Part shown: positions 39,967 through 48,848 of the stretch, piece by piece
Position numbering within the stretch: the first letter of the stretch is position 1
Layout of the letters: each line of letters starts with the position of its first letter
NCBI GenBank assembly: GCA_946616285.1
Contig: CAMOIT010000001.1
Coordinates: 32,530-96,529 of the forward strand
Length of the DNA stretch: 64,000 nt
Origin: an uncultured Bacteroidales bacterium
GTDB lineage: Bacteria; Bacteroidota; Bacteroidia; Bacteroidales; UBA932
Reading direction: 5' to 3'
Position numbers and translations under genes: made by a program
Notes under the pieces: model-generated
Told to the model about the DNA's origin: nothing
Databases searched by the model: none
The model's input: the letters and a program-made list of their open reading frames with translations, nothing else

Positions 39967-40746
39967 TTAAAAATCAAACACATAGGATATTCCAAGGCTG
40001 GTCCGGAACACGTCCGTGTAAGCCGCGCTTTTGAATTTTCCCTTCTTGGTAGTGTCGATTTCGTACTCGGTAATGTAGTCCAGAAGGACGTAAGGAGTGA
40101 GCGTATGGTGCTTCCCGAGTTTGATGTCGGCTTCCAGATTAACGCGGTAGCGGTCGTTGTATATGTGATTGTAGCCTTCCAGGACGAATTTGTTGTCGCT
40201 CACGCTGCCCCAGGCGCCGTTGAGGCATGTCCTGAGTTCAAATGCCGCCGACGGTTCTACGGCCCTCCAGCCCTTATATTTTACAGTAAACCGGCTTTTA
40301 AGCTGTACCAGATTCCTTGGCGCCTGGTAAGTGTTCATGTTGGAATCCCCGTTATGCGTCATCTGAACCTTCTCCTTAAGGCTTAACTGCACGTATCCCA
40401 GCCGGATGTTTCCGGCGACATCGGCCGATAAACGGTGCTTGGGGGCCCAGAAGCCAGTATACAAAGTGCCGTCGCTCAGCTCTTTATCCACCTTCCAGGG
40501 TTCGATAAAGGTATATCCAAGGCCGAATTTCACGAACTTGACGGGCTTGTAGGAGAGCGAAACGGTGGTTCTGAGGCTTCCAATTCCAGAAAAACTGTCG
40601 TTTGTGCGGAATTCCTGTTCGGCCCCTAAGTGGAAGCCTTTGAATACCTTATAATCCACGCCGACGGAAGCCCTGCCGGCAAACTCCTGGGCGCCGGCCA
40701 CAAAAGGCAGTATAAGCACTGCCAGGGAAATGAAAAACCTTTTCAT
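39967..40746 (-). CDS. DUF2490-like outer-membrane beta-barrel
   Basis: Signal peptide, amphipathic strands, terminal YVFDF; context with DUF4956 and VTC. Confidence 0.7.
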   Translation of the reverse strand: MKRFFISLAVLILPFVAGAQEFAGRASVGVDYKVFKGFHLGAEQEFRTNDSFSGIGSLRTTVSLSYKPVKFVKFGLGYTFIEPWKVDKELSDGTLYTGFWAPKHRLSADVAGNIRLGYVQLSLKEKVQMTHNGDSNMNTYQAPRNLVQLKSRFTVKYKGWRAVEPSAAFELRTCLNGAWGSVSDNKFVLEGYNHIYNDRYRVNLEADIKLGKHHTLTPYVLLDYITEYEIDTTKKGKFKSAAYTDVFRTSLGISYVFDF

Positions 40747-40748
40747 GG

Positions 40749-41543
40749 CTATTCCACGTAGTCTTTTGCCCTGGTAATGGTGTTCACGGAGTTGCTCTCG
40801 CCTTTGGGCAGGTTGTAGTACACTTTGATAAAGGCCGCATCCTTCAGGAAATCGACATGCCCGACTTCCACGTTCTCCACCTTCACGCCGAGCCGTTTTT
40901 CCAGGTCGGCAATGAGTTCGGCCCGCTTTTCGGGGACGATGAGCTCGATCCTGTCATAAAGCACAAGCTTTGTGGTTACATGCTTAACCAGGCTTTCGCT
41001 TTCCAATATCCACACCAGGCCAACAATCAGGAAGTTGACCAGCGCCATCACGCCCACGCTGCCCCAGCTTAAAGCATAATGGGGTGCCGTTGACAGGTCC
41101 ACGATATGATAAACCGGTGCCAGGCCGTTAGCCGCCGCAAGCGCGATAATCACGAACAGATAGGTCATCTCTCGGATGGGAACGGTCTCGGTGCGGTAGC
41201 GTATAACGCCGAAAATGGCAAACAGGCCCAGCGTAAGCCCTACTCCCACTTCCACGTTCCCCATGATGTACAGCAGCGTAAGCATGGCCGACGAGAAAAT
41301 CATGAAAGTGAAATAGTAATCCCTGCGCCTGCTCTTCCGGTAGTAGAAGCAGTGCACCAGAATCCAGCAGACCAGAAGGTTCAGGGCGAAGCGGATGCCA
41401 AGTTCGGCCACCTTCTGGGAGGTCGTCATCATGGCGTCGGTGATGGTCTGGACGTCAAGGAGCACGTCGTCATTCAGCTCCATGTCGCCGAAGGAGGCAA
41501 GTGCGTCGTCCTGGACGAATCGGCTCAAAAAGTTCGGTATCAT
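40749..41543 (-). CDS. DUF4956 membrane protein
   Basis: GLFAIFGVIRYRT..PIREMTYLF; YDRIELI.PE. Confidence 0.9.
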   Translation of the reverse strand: MIPNFLSRFVQDDALASFGDMELNDDVLLDVQTITDAMMTTSQKVAELGIRFALNLLVCWILVHCFYYRKSRRRDYYFTFMIFSSAMLTLLYIMGNVEVGVGLTLGLFAIFGVIRYRTETVPIREMTYLFVIIALAAANGLAPVYHIVDLSTAPHYALSWGSVGVMALVNFLIVGLVWILESESLVKHVTTKLVLYDRIELIVPEKRAELIADLEKRLGVKVENVEVGHVDFLKDAAFIKVYYNLPKGESNSVNTITRAKDYVE

Positions 41544-42337
41544 AGTACGGTCAATTTGTTTCCAATGGTTTTTTCGATGGTCCGGACCTTCGGTTTGAAG
41601 CGCCCGCTCCGGGCCGAAGGATCAGTAAGCGTAAGCGCTATGCAGTATTTGCTTACGCGGACGGGCTTTACGCGGCGGTTCAGGAGGATGTTCCTCATCT
41701 GGCTAAAGGCCCTTCCGTCCTGCTTCAGCTCTATTATCACCGCATTCTGGAGGGAAGTGGAGTGCCCCGTCCGGAAGTTTGTGAAATTCAGATCGGTGTC
41801 GATGGTAATCCTTTCGGTCATGGACGGGTTCACCAGCGTGATGCGGCGAAAGCGGGTGTCCAGAACCGGCGAAAGCTCCGGAGCGCTGAACCATGAATGC
41901 GAGGCCAGATATTCGCAGGCGGCGTTATCCGCTCCAAAGTCCATCAATTCCCCTGACGGTATCCCCATGCGCTTTTTCTTAGTGCGGCCGTGGTTGTTCT
42001 TGCGCTTGATTTCCAGGAAAGTGTCGCCGGAGTTCACGTAAACGCGGGTACGCACCTTCTGCCGCACCAGCCGGCGGTTGTGATGGTCATAGAACATCCG
42101 GAGGCCGGGAGTGTCGTAATAAACAGAGGCATAAGGGCTTATGCGCATCCCTTCGGTCACCAGCACCCTGTATCCAGCCGAAGCCGCGTCGGCCAGGATT
42201 TCCAGAAGCGTGGCTTCGTCGGTGAGGTACTTGGAGTCGATGCGGTTCATCAGCTTTATGCCGTCCATTTCGGCCAAAGTGATGGGCGCAAGCGCCTCCA
42301 GGGGCCCTTCAAATGCTATATGTTTATTGTCCGGCAT
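41540..42337 (-). CDS. VTC/polyphosphate polymerase (tunnel metalloenzyme) domain protein
   Basis: LMNRIDSKY, YYDT, KVRTRVY, FLEIK, ERITID, IIELK, SKYC; start reassigned to MPDNK. Confidence 0.9.
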   Translation of the reverse strand: MPDNKHIAFEGPLEALAPITLAEMDGIKLMNRIDSKYLTDEATLLEILADAASAGYRVLVTEGMRISPYASVYYDTPGLRMFYDHHNRRLVRQKVRTRVYVNSGDTFLEIKRKNNHGRTKKKRMGIPSGELMDFGADNAACEYLASHSWFSAPELSPVLDTRFRRITLVNPSMTERITIDTDLNFTNFRTGHSTSLQNAVIIELKQDGRAFSQMRNILLNRRVKPVRVSKYCIALTLTDPSARSGRFKPKVRTIEKTIGNKLTVL

Positions 42338-42740
42338 CCTGTGAGACGTACTCGAACTGCTTGATGCCCAGAAGCTTGCCCTTCGCGCTGTAGGTGTACT
42401 GCACCTTCTTGCGCTGGAATTCGTTATACTCGAAGGTCTTGTAGGTCTGAAGGCGGTTGTATTCGTCGTATACAAGTTCTTTGGAAACCTTGCCGTCTGG
42501 GCCGTATTCGAAGCGCTTGCGCCACTTCTGCCCTGAACTGCCGTACTCGATTTCCTCAATCTTCTTGCCTTCGGCGTTGAAGGTGGTAACATGGTCCAGG
42601 ACCTTGTTCATGCCCTTGGGATCCGTGTTCCACTCCTTGATTACAAGGTTCTTCTTGTTTATTTTGGGCGTCTCCTGCGCCCCTGCAATCCCGAAGGAAA
42701 GCAGGGCGGCAGCAGCAATTATGAGCAGTCGTCTCATCAT
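42324..42740 (-). CDS. Secreted hypothetical protein with YD/RHS-like turns
   Basis: Signal peptide; repeated (F/Y)EY..dGk hairpins; overlaps the galE stop and the VTC start. Confidence 0.7.
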   Translation of the reverse strand: MMRRLLIIAAAALLSFGIAGAQETPKINKKNLVIKEWNTDPKGMNKVLDHVTTFNAEGKKIEEIEYGSSGQKWRKRFEYGPDGKVSKELVYDEYNRLQTYKTFEYNEFQRKKVQYTYSAKGKLLGIKQFEYVSQDAGQ

Positions 42741-43765
42741 TTCCCGGCGATGTGCTTCTCCCAGGCCCACGCGGCCTTGAGGGTTTCCTCTACGGTGCGG
42801 GTGGCCTTCCAGCCCATCTCGGTGTTAGCCTTGGTGGGATCGGCCCAGATCGCGGTTACGTCACCTGGTCTGCGTGCGGCGAATTTGTAGTTGAGTTTCA
42901 GGTTGTTGACCTTTTCGAAGGCATTTACCAGCTCCAGCACGCTAACTGGACGGCCGGTGCCCACGTTGAACACTTCGCAAGGCTCTTTCATTTTGCCTTC
43001 AATCATGCGCGTTACGGCAAAAACGTGCGCCTTTGCCAGGTCCACGATGTCGATATAGTCCCTCTGGCAGGTTCCGTCGGGGGTGGGATAGTCGTTGCCG
43101 AAAATGCTCAGGCATTCCCTCTTGCCGATGGCCGTCTGGGTGATGAAGGGCACCAGGTTGTTGGGCACTCCGCGGGGGAGTTCGCCGATAAGGGCGCTGG
43201 GGTGCGCGCCGATAGGATTGAAATAGCGCAGCAGGATGCCCTTAATGAGCCCGTCTGAGGCCTTTACGGTGTCCTGGAGGATGTCCTCGCACATGGTCTT
43301 GGTGTTGCCGTAGGGCGACATCGCAGGCTGACGGGGCGTATCTTCGGTCACTGGAACGGACTTGGGCTCGCCGTAAACAGTTGCCGACGAAGAGAACAGT
43401 ACATTGCATCCTCCGTGCTTCTGGGCGGCCTCAAGCACGTTCATGAAGCTCAAAAGGTTGTTTTTGTAGTACATCAGCGGCTTTGCCACGGACTCGCCCA
43501 CAGCTTTGAAGGCAGCGAAGTGAATCACCGCGTCGATGTGATATTTGCCAAAGAGCTTGTCCACGGCTTCGGCGTCGCAGAAGTCCATTTCCTCGAAGGG
43601 GATGTCGTCACGTCCAGTGATTTTTTTCACGCCCTCGAAGCAGGTACGGTCGCAGTTGGAGAAGTTGTCGGCCACGACCACCTCGTAGCCGGCTTCGATA
43701 AGTTCCACGGTTACATGGCTGCCGATGAATCCGGCGCCTCCGGATACCAGTACTGTCTTTTTCAT
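42737..43765 (-). CDS. galE: UDP-glucose 4-epimerase
   Basis: GGAGFIGSH, HFAAFKAVGES, FSSSATVYG, PYGNTK, LRYFNPIGAH. Confidence 0.96.
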   Translation of the reverse strand: MKKTVLVSGGAGFIGSHVTVELIEAGYEVVVADNFSNCDRTCFEGVKKITGRDDIPFEEMDFCDAEAVDKLFGKYHIDAVIHFAAFKAVGESVAKPLMYYKNNLLSFMNVLEAAQKHGGCNVLFSSSATVYGEPKSVPVTEDTPRQPAMSPYGNTKTMCEDILQDTVKASDGLIKGILLRYFNPIGAHPSALIGELPRGVPNNLVPFITQTAIGKRECLSIFGNDYPTPDGTCQRDYIDIVDLAKAHVFAVTRMIEGKMKEPCEVFNVGTGRPVSVLELVNAFEKVNNLKLNYKFAARRPGDVTAIWADPTKANTEMGWKATRTVEETLKAAWAWEKHIAGK

Positions 43766-43769
43766 ATCG

Positions 43770-46598
43770 TTATTGTTTAGTGTTTTTCTGCTTTTGTCTC
43801 AGGGCCCGTTTCTGCTCCTGGCGGAGGTATCTCTCGTAGCGTTTGCGGTCCCTCTGGGCGCGGCGCTCCAGCTTTTTCAGGGCTTTAAGCTTTTTGGCGC
43901 GCTCCCTGTCCAGTTTCTTCTGGGCTTTCGCGGCCAGTTTTTCTTCGTAAATGCGGTCTTCCTCGGCCCATTTGGCCTCAAGGGCGGCCTGCTTTTCGGC
44001 TTTGCGCTTCTCTTTTTCGGCTTTCTTCCGCTCTTTCTCGCGTGCCTTCTCCCTTTCGCGCTTTGCTTTCTCCGCGGCCTTTATCTCCTCCGGGGTAAGC
44101 TCTATCTTTGTCTTCGGGGTCGATACTTTCAAGCTGTCCGAAGTCGATTTGAGACTGTCGGCGGGGGCTTTCAGGCTGTCCGAAGGCGCCTTCAGGCTGT
44201 CTTTCGGAACCAGGAGGCTGTCGGTGAGGGCAAGCAGGGTGTCGCGCCTTGAGATGAGCGAGTCAAGTGGTGGCAGGCCCAGGCTGTCGGCCTTTGCCCG
44301 GTCGACGGAATCCCTGATCCTCTGGCGCTCGAGGTCGCGCACCACCTGCAGGGAGTCGCGGATGGCTATATCGCGGTACACTTTGTTGATGTAGCCGGGG
44401 AAGTAGGTGTTTGTCTGCTTGAAAGCGGCGTGCGGCCTTGCGAGGTACGAGGTCCTCTGGCTGCGCCTTGGCACGAGTGATGTGACGTCCCGGGGCGACG
44501 AAGGCTTCCTCTCCGGCTCCCAGCGGAAGCCCTTCAGCGTGCGCTCCTCGTCGGGCAGCTGCACGGATGGATAACCGTCATTCTTGGGGTTGTCGTAATA
44601 GTACATCCGCTGCACCTGGCCTTTCTCGAAGATGGAGTATATCATCTTGGCCTCCACCTTGTTAACGGTTGCCAGGGCGCCGTTTTCCTCCAGGAAGAAC
44701 AGGGCCGATGCTCCTCCGAGGGCGTCGAAGCGCTCCAGTGCGCTGGTTGAGTCGAAGTAGGCTACCATTTCGGTGCCTCGCACCTGGTCGTAGCTGTGTT
44801 CGTCTTCCTGGAAAGTGATGAAGGCGTTGGAAAGCAGATGTGCTTTTTCGGCCCTTTGGTTATGGATAACCATGAAAATGCTGTCCGACGCGTACTGCTT
44901 GTTGCCTTCGTTGAAGAATATGGGCTCCTTGAACAGGCGCACGAGCGAATCCAGGTCGCAGTAGGCCAGGGAGTCGGAGGCCATCTGGATGTCTCTCTTG
45001 AACAGGCGCACGTGCTTCGAACCCCAGATAAAGTTAACCTTGGTGGTGTCCAGAGGCGCTTTCAGCGTATCTGCAGGGGCTTTGAGGGTGTCCGCCGGAG
45101 CCTGCAGGGCTTCCGGTGCTTCGACCTTTTCGGGAGCTTTCAACTCTTCCGGGGCCTCGAGCTTTTCCATGATTGGCGGCACCGCGAGGCTGTCCGCGCC
45201 TGCACGGAGGCTGTCCAGCGGTGGCATGGCCAGGCTGTCGAGAGGCGGCATTGCCAGACTGTCGAGAGACGGAAGCGTAAGGCTGTCTGAAGGGGGAGTG
45301 GGGAGGTTATCCTTCTTTTCTGCCGGAGCTTCCGGTTTACCGCCGTCGGGTTTGCCTTCCGGCTTGCCGCCTTTCCTCCCTTTGGGCTTTCCGGCAGCGT
45401 CCTTGCCATCATCGCCCTGCGCCGCATCGGTCTTACCGGCGCCCTTCCCGGCGATTTCCGGCGGACGGTTGGGGTCGTTCTTGGCGGCTTCTTCGGCTGC
45501 TTTCGCGGCAGCTTCGGCCGCTTTCTTGCGGTACTCCATCACAGGGTCGCCGGCCAGATCCTTCAGCCTCTTTTCGCTGTCTTTTATCCACGCTTCGGGG
45601 ATGTCGCAGCGGCGTATGGCGCGGAGGGTAAGCACATCGGCCCCGAGGTAAAGCGTGTCCTTCCGGCCTTTGTCTTCGTCGATGGACATCACTGCAGGCT
45701 CGCGGGTCATCCTCAGGCGGGATGTGGAATCAGTGTATTCCAGGCGGCCGGCCAGGGCGTAGACGTTGCGCGTGGTGTCCATGACCTCTACGTTGCCAAG
45801 CAGTTCCACGTTATTCAGCGCCCTTTCGTAGTACAGCGAGTCGGACCAGGTTTCCTGGCTTTCGGTGAGCGTGTGCACGTTCCGGCGGAACAGGAAAAGC
45901 TCCCTGGAACGGTTGTACCAGCCGTCGTTGGCGCTTAGCATCTTGTCGTCCTGCCACATGTCGGTCCCATAGCCGAAATACGCTGTGGAAAGGTCGCTCC
46001 TGTACTCCAGACGCGATGTTTTCACGAAGGTGGTGTCCATGTACATGTTCACCTGGTCATTGAAGATGAAGAGGTGGGCCTTGGAGTCGTAGGTGCCGTA
46101 AAGGCTTTCGATTACCTGGCCGTCCTTGTCCTTCATGGCGGCGCCGTCCTGGAAAACCGCCACCGAATCCTTGGTGTTGTAGTCCAGGTAGCGGGTGCGG
46201 AGGGTGTTTTTGTCCTTGTCTTCAAGCTGGACCAGGTCGCCGCGGAACTTGGCCATATTTTCGTCCACTATGTACTGGAGTGATGCGCTGGAAAGCTTGG
46301 TGCGGTCCTGGATGATGCGCACGTGCCCCATCGCGTCAATCACGTTGGTGTTGACGTTCCAGAGCGCAGTGTCGCATAGAAGATAGGTGTTGTTGTGGAA
46401 GAACTTGGCTGGGCCGATTACTTTCCTGTAATTCTGCCCGTTATCCTCTATGAGCTGGGCCGACTTGGCGCTGATAAGAAGTACCTTGTCGTCCTCTTTC
46501 TTCTTCTGGGAATGCAGCGGAAAAGCCGTTGCAAGAAGCAACAGCGCTGCAGCTGCGGTATGAAGGCCCCTTCGGCTCACTATTTTCTCTTGTTCCAC
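43770..46598 (-). CDS. OstA-like envelope protein with low-complexity DSL repeats
   Basis: LLCDTA..GHVRIIQ OstA-like repeats; located beside the surA-like gene as in other Bacteroidetes. Confidence 0.75.
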   Translation of the reverse strand: MEQEKIVSRRGLHTAAAALLLLATAFPLHSQKKKEDDKVLLISAKSAQLIEDNGQNYRKVIGPAKFFHNNTYLLCDTALWNVNTNVIDAMGHVRIIQDRTKLSSASLQYIVDENMAKFRGDLVQLEDKDKNTLRTRYLDYNTKDSVAVFQDGAAMKDKDGQVIESLYGTYDSKAHLFIFNDQVNMYMDTTFVKTSRLEYRSDLSTAYFGYGTDMWQDDKMLSANDGWYNRSRELFLFRRNVHTLTESQETWSDSLYYERALNNVELLGNVEVMDTTRNVYALAGRLEYTDSTSRLRMTREPAVMSIDEDKGRKDTLYLGADVLTLRAIRRCDIPEAWIKDSEKRLKDLAGDPVMEYRKKAAEAAAKAAEEAAKNDPNRPPEIAGKGAGKTDAAQGDDGKDAAGKPKGRKGGKPEGKPDGGKPEAPAEKKDNLPTPPSDSLTLPSLDSLAMPPLDSLAMPPLDSLRAGADSLAVPPIMEKLEAPEELKAPEKVEAPEALQAPADTLKAPADTLKAPLDTTKVNFIWGSKHVRLFKRDIQMASDSLAYCDLDSLVRLFKEPIFFNEGNKQYASDSIFMVIHNQRAEKAHLLSNAFITFQEDEHSYDQVRGTEMVAYFDSTSALERFDALGGASALFFLEENGALATVNKVEAKMIYSIFEKGQVQRMYYYDNPKNDGYPSVQLPDEERTLKGFRWEPERKPSSPRDVTSLVPRRSQRTSYLARPHAAFKQTNTYFPGYINKVYRDIAIRDSLQVVRDLERQRIRDSVDRAKADSLGLPPLDSLISRRDTLLALTDSLLVPKDSLKAPSDSLKAPADSLKSTSDSLKVSTPKTKIELTPEEIKAAEKAKREREKAREKERKKAEKEKRKAEKQAALEAKWAEEDRIYEEKLAAKAQKKLDRERAKKLKALKKLERRAQRDRKRYERYLRQEQKRALRQKQKNTKQ

Positions 46599-47950
46599 TC
46601 TTCGCGGGAGAATTCACACTCCGCGAACATGGGGTCGATTACGATGTATGTGGACTTGATTTTTTCGGCCAGGAAGGCGTCCACGGCCTCCATCTGCTTG
46701 CTCTCCTGCACCTTTTCCAGGATCTGGGTGTAGTCGTTCTCGAAGGTGGCGGTGTGGGCGGGGAGTATCTTGTCCACGCGGATAATCTTGTACACCAGGT
46801 TGCCGCTCCGGCCCTGAAGGTAGCCCTCGTTGTCCAGGGACTCCACTGGTTCGGAGATTTCGCCGGGCTTCAGGTCTTTTACGGCGTTGTAGTCGGCCGG
46901 TTTCATCTGGTCTATCTCGAAATATGCCGAACCGGTTGAAGGATCGGCCATCTGGCCGCCGTTGGTGCGGGTGGCGTTGTCCTCCGAGTAGAATCGGGCG
47001 GCAAGTTCGAAGGTTATTTCGCCTTCTTGAATCTTGGTTTTAAGGCTGTCCAGCTTGCCGAAAGCCTTTTCGCGGTCTTCGGCCGTGTACTGGGGCTTTA
47101 TCAGGATGTGGCGGGCGTTGAACATGTCGCCGCGCTTGTCGATGACTTCGATGATGTGGAAGCCGTCAGGCGTCTCCACTATCTGGGAGATGGTGCCGGG
47201 CTTCAAGGCCATGGCTGCGTCGGAGAATGCCGGCCAGAAGATGGACTTGGATGCAAGGCCCAGTTCGCCGCCTCTCTTGGCACTGCCGGGGTCTTCGGAA
47301 TAGATTCGGGCCAGGGTGCTGAACTTTTCGCCGTTCATAATGCGCTCGCGAAGGCTCAGGAGCTTTTCTTTAACCGCCACAGCTGCAGCTTCCCTGTCCG
47401 GATAGATGCAGATCTGGCTCATCTGGTACTTTACCGGAACCACGGGGAGGTCTTCGGGGTCGGTGGCGTCTATGTACTTCTGTACGTCATAGGGGGTGAC
47501 GGTGGGGGCTTTTTCGGCCACCTGGTAGCGCTCCTGTTCGGTCAGGCTCTGCTCTTCAAGGGCTTTCTTCCATTCCTGACGCAGTTTGTAAAGTGGCTTG
47601 CCGAAGTATTTTTCCAGCTCTTCGTCGCCGCCAAGCTGGGTGCGGAACCAGTCGATGCGCTGGGTGAGGTTGCCTTCCACCATGTCGTTGTTGATGGTGA
47701 GGGAGTCCACCCTGGCCTGCATCAGGAACAGTTTGGTTTCCATGATGCTTTCCAGGATTTCGCAGCGCATGTCCTTGTCGCTTGAGGCACCACTTGCGCG
47801 CATCTGCTGGACTTCGGCCTCGATGTCGCTAAGGAGGATGGTTTCGCCGCCTACCACAGCCACGCTCTTGTCCACTATGCCGTTGTATTTCTGGGCGCTA
47901 AGGCCGATGCAGCAGAGGAGGCTTGCGAAAATAATGACTATCTTTTTCAT
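46580..47950 (-). CDS. surA: SurA-like parvulin peptidyl-prolyl isomerase
   Basis: VDKSVAVVG..ILLSD; two rotamase domains (FSTLARIYSEDPGS..GGELG, ARHILIKP). Confidence 0.88.
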   Translation of the reverse strand: MKKIVIIFASLLCCIGLSAQKYNGIVDKSVAVVGGETILLSDIEAEVQQMRASGASSDKDMRCEILESIMETKLFLMQARVDSLTINNDMVEGNLTQRIDWFRTQLGGDEELEKYFGKPLYKLRQEWKKALEEQSLTEQERYQVAEKAPTVTPYDVQKYIDATDPEDLPVVPVKYQMSQICIYPDREAAAVAVKEKLLSLRERIMNGEKFSTLARIYSEDPGSAKRGGELGLASKSIFWPAFSDAAMALKPGTISQIVETPDGFHIIEVIDKRGDMFNARHILIKPQYTAEDREKAFGKLDSLKTKIQEGEITFELAARFYSEDNATRTNGGQMADPSTGSAYFEIDQMKPADYNAVKDLKPGEISEPVESLDNEGYLQGRSGNLVYKIIRVDKILPAHTATFENDYTQILEKVQESKQMEAVDAFLAEKIKSTYIVIDPMFAECEFSREEWNKRK

Positions 47951-47952
47951 TT

Positions 47953-48825
47953 TCAGTAAATTACAAACTTATTGTTACGCACTGCGTCTTCCAGGAGGTT
48001 CTTTTCAAGCTCCACTTCCACCTGGTGCTTGCGCTCGCTCAGGATAAGGTCCCTGACTTTCTTTCTGCAGTATTCCAGCGGGGCTGTCTTGCCTTCCGGA
48101 ACCATCTCCGCGATATAGGCTATGTGCAGGTTGTCGCTGTCGTCTTTCCATTCCGCAAACTGCTGTTTTATTGAGCTTTGCAGGCTGCGGTATTCCGTTC
48201 CGAGCTCCTGGGCCAGGGTTATAATATCCATCCAGCTGTCCGATGCGTCCACGTACTTCAGGGCCACTTTCGAGGCCAGGGAATCGGCCTTGGCGTTTTC
48301 TTCGATATCGTCCGAGGCCATCTGCTTCTTAAGCTGCTTGATGCTTTTGCTGCCGGCGGGGATAATCATGTAGCGGGCTTTTACCACGGGGCGGTCCAGG
48401 CGGAAACGGGCGGGATTGTCGTTGTAGTACTTTTCCGTTTCCTCGTCTGTAATCAGGGTGTCCAGCCTCTGGTCCACGTACAGCTGCTCGTAGCGGTATT
48501 TCAGGAGGGTTTCGCGGTAGCGCTCGAGCTCTTCGGTCACGTCTTTTTCCTGGTCCGAGAGCTGTTCTTCGGCCATGTCCAGGAGGAGGAGGTTTTCGGC
48601 CCAGGCGTTTATCCACTGGCGGGCAAGGGCGGCGCTGTCGGCGGGGGAGGCCCCGGCCGGGATGTAGTTTTCCAGCTGGCTGCGGAAGAGTTTATGGTCG
48701 CCCACTTTCGCCACTACTTCGCCGCTGAAAAGCTCAGTGGCGGTGTCCTGGATCTGGCTCACCATCTTGCAGGAGGCGGCCGATGCAAGGACTATTGCGG
48801 TAAGTATGATTGCGCGCGCGTTCAT
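47953..48825 (-). CDS. PPIase-associated conserved lipoprotein
   Basis: Lipobox AASC; VVAKVG..L; upstream of surA; TATATTTG promoter box at 48835-48842. Confidence 0.7.
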   Translation of the reverse strand: MNARAIILTAIVLASAASCKMVSQIQDTATELFSGEVVAKVGDHKLFRSQLENYIPAGASPADSAALARQWINAWAENLLLLDMAEEQLSDQEKDVTEELERYRETLLKYRYEQLYVDQRLDTLITDEETEKYYNDNPARFRLDRPVVKARYMIIPAGSKSIKQLKKQMASDDIEENAKADSLASKVALKYVDASDSWMDIITLAQELGTEYRSLQSSIKQQFAEWKDDSDNLHIAYIAEMVPEGKTAPLEYCRKKVRDLILSERKHQVEVELEKNLLEDAVRNNKFVIY

Positions 48826-48848
48826 ATATTCTTGCAAATATAGCAATT

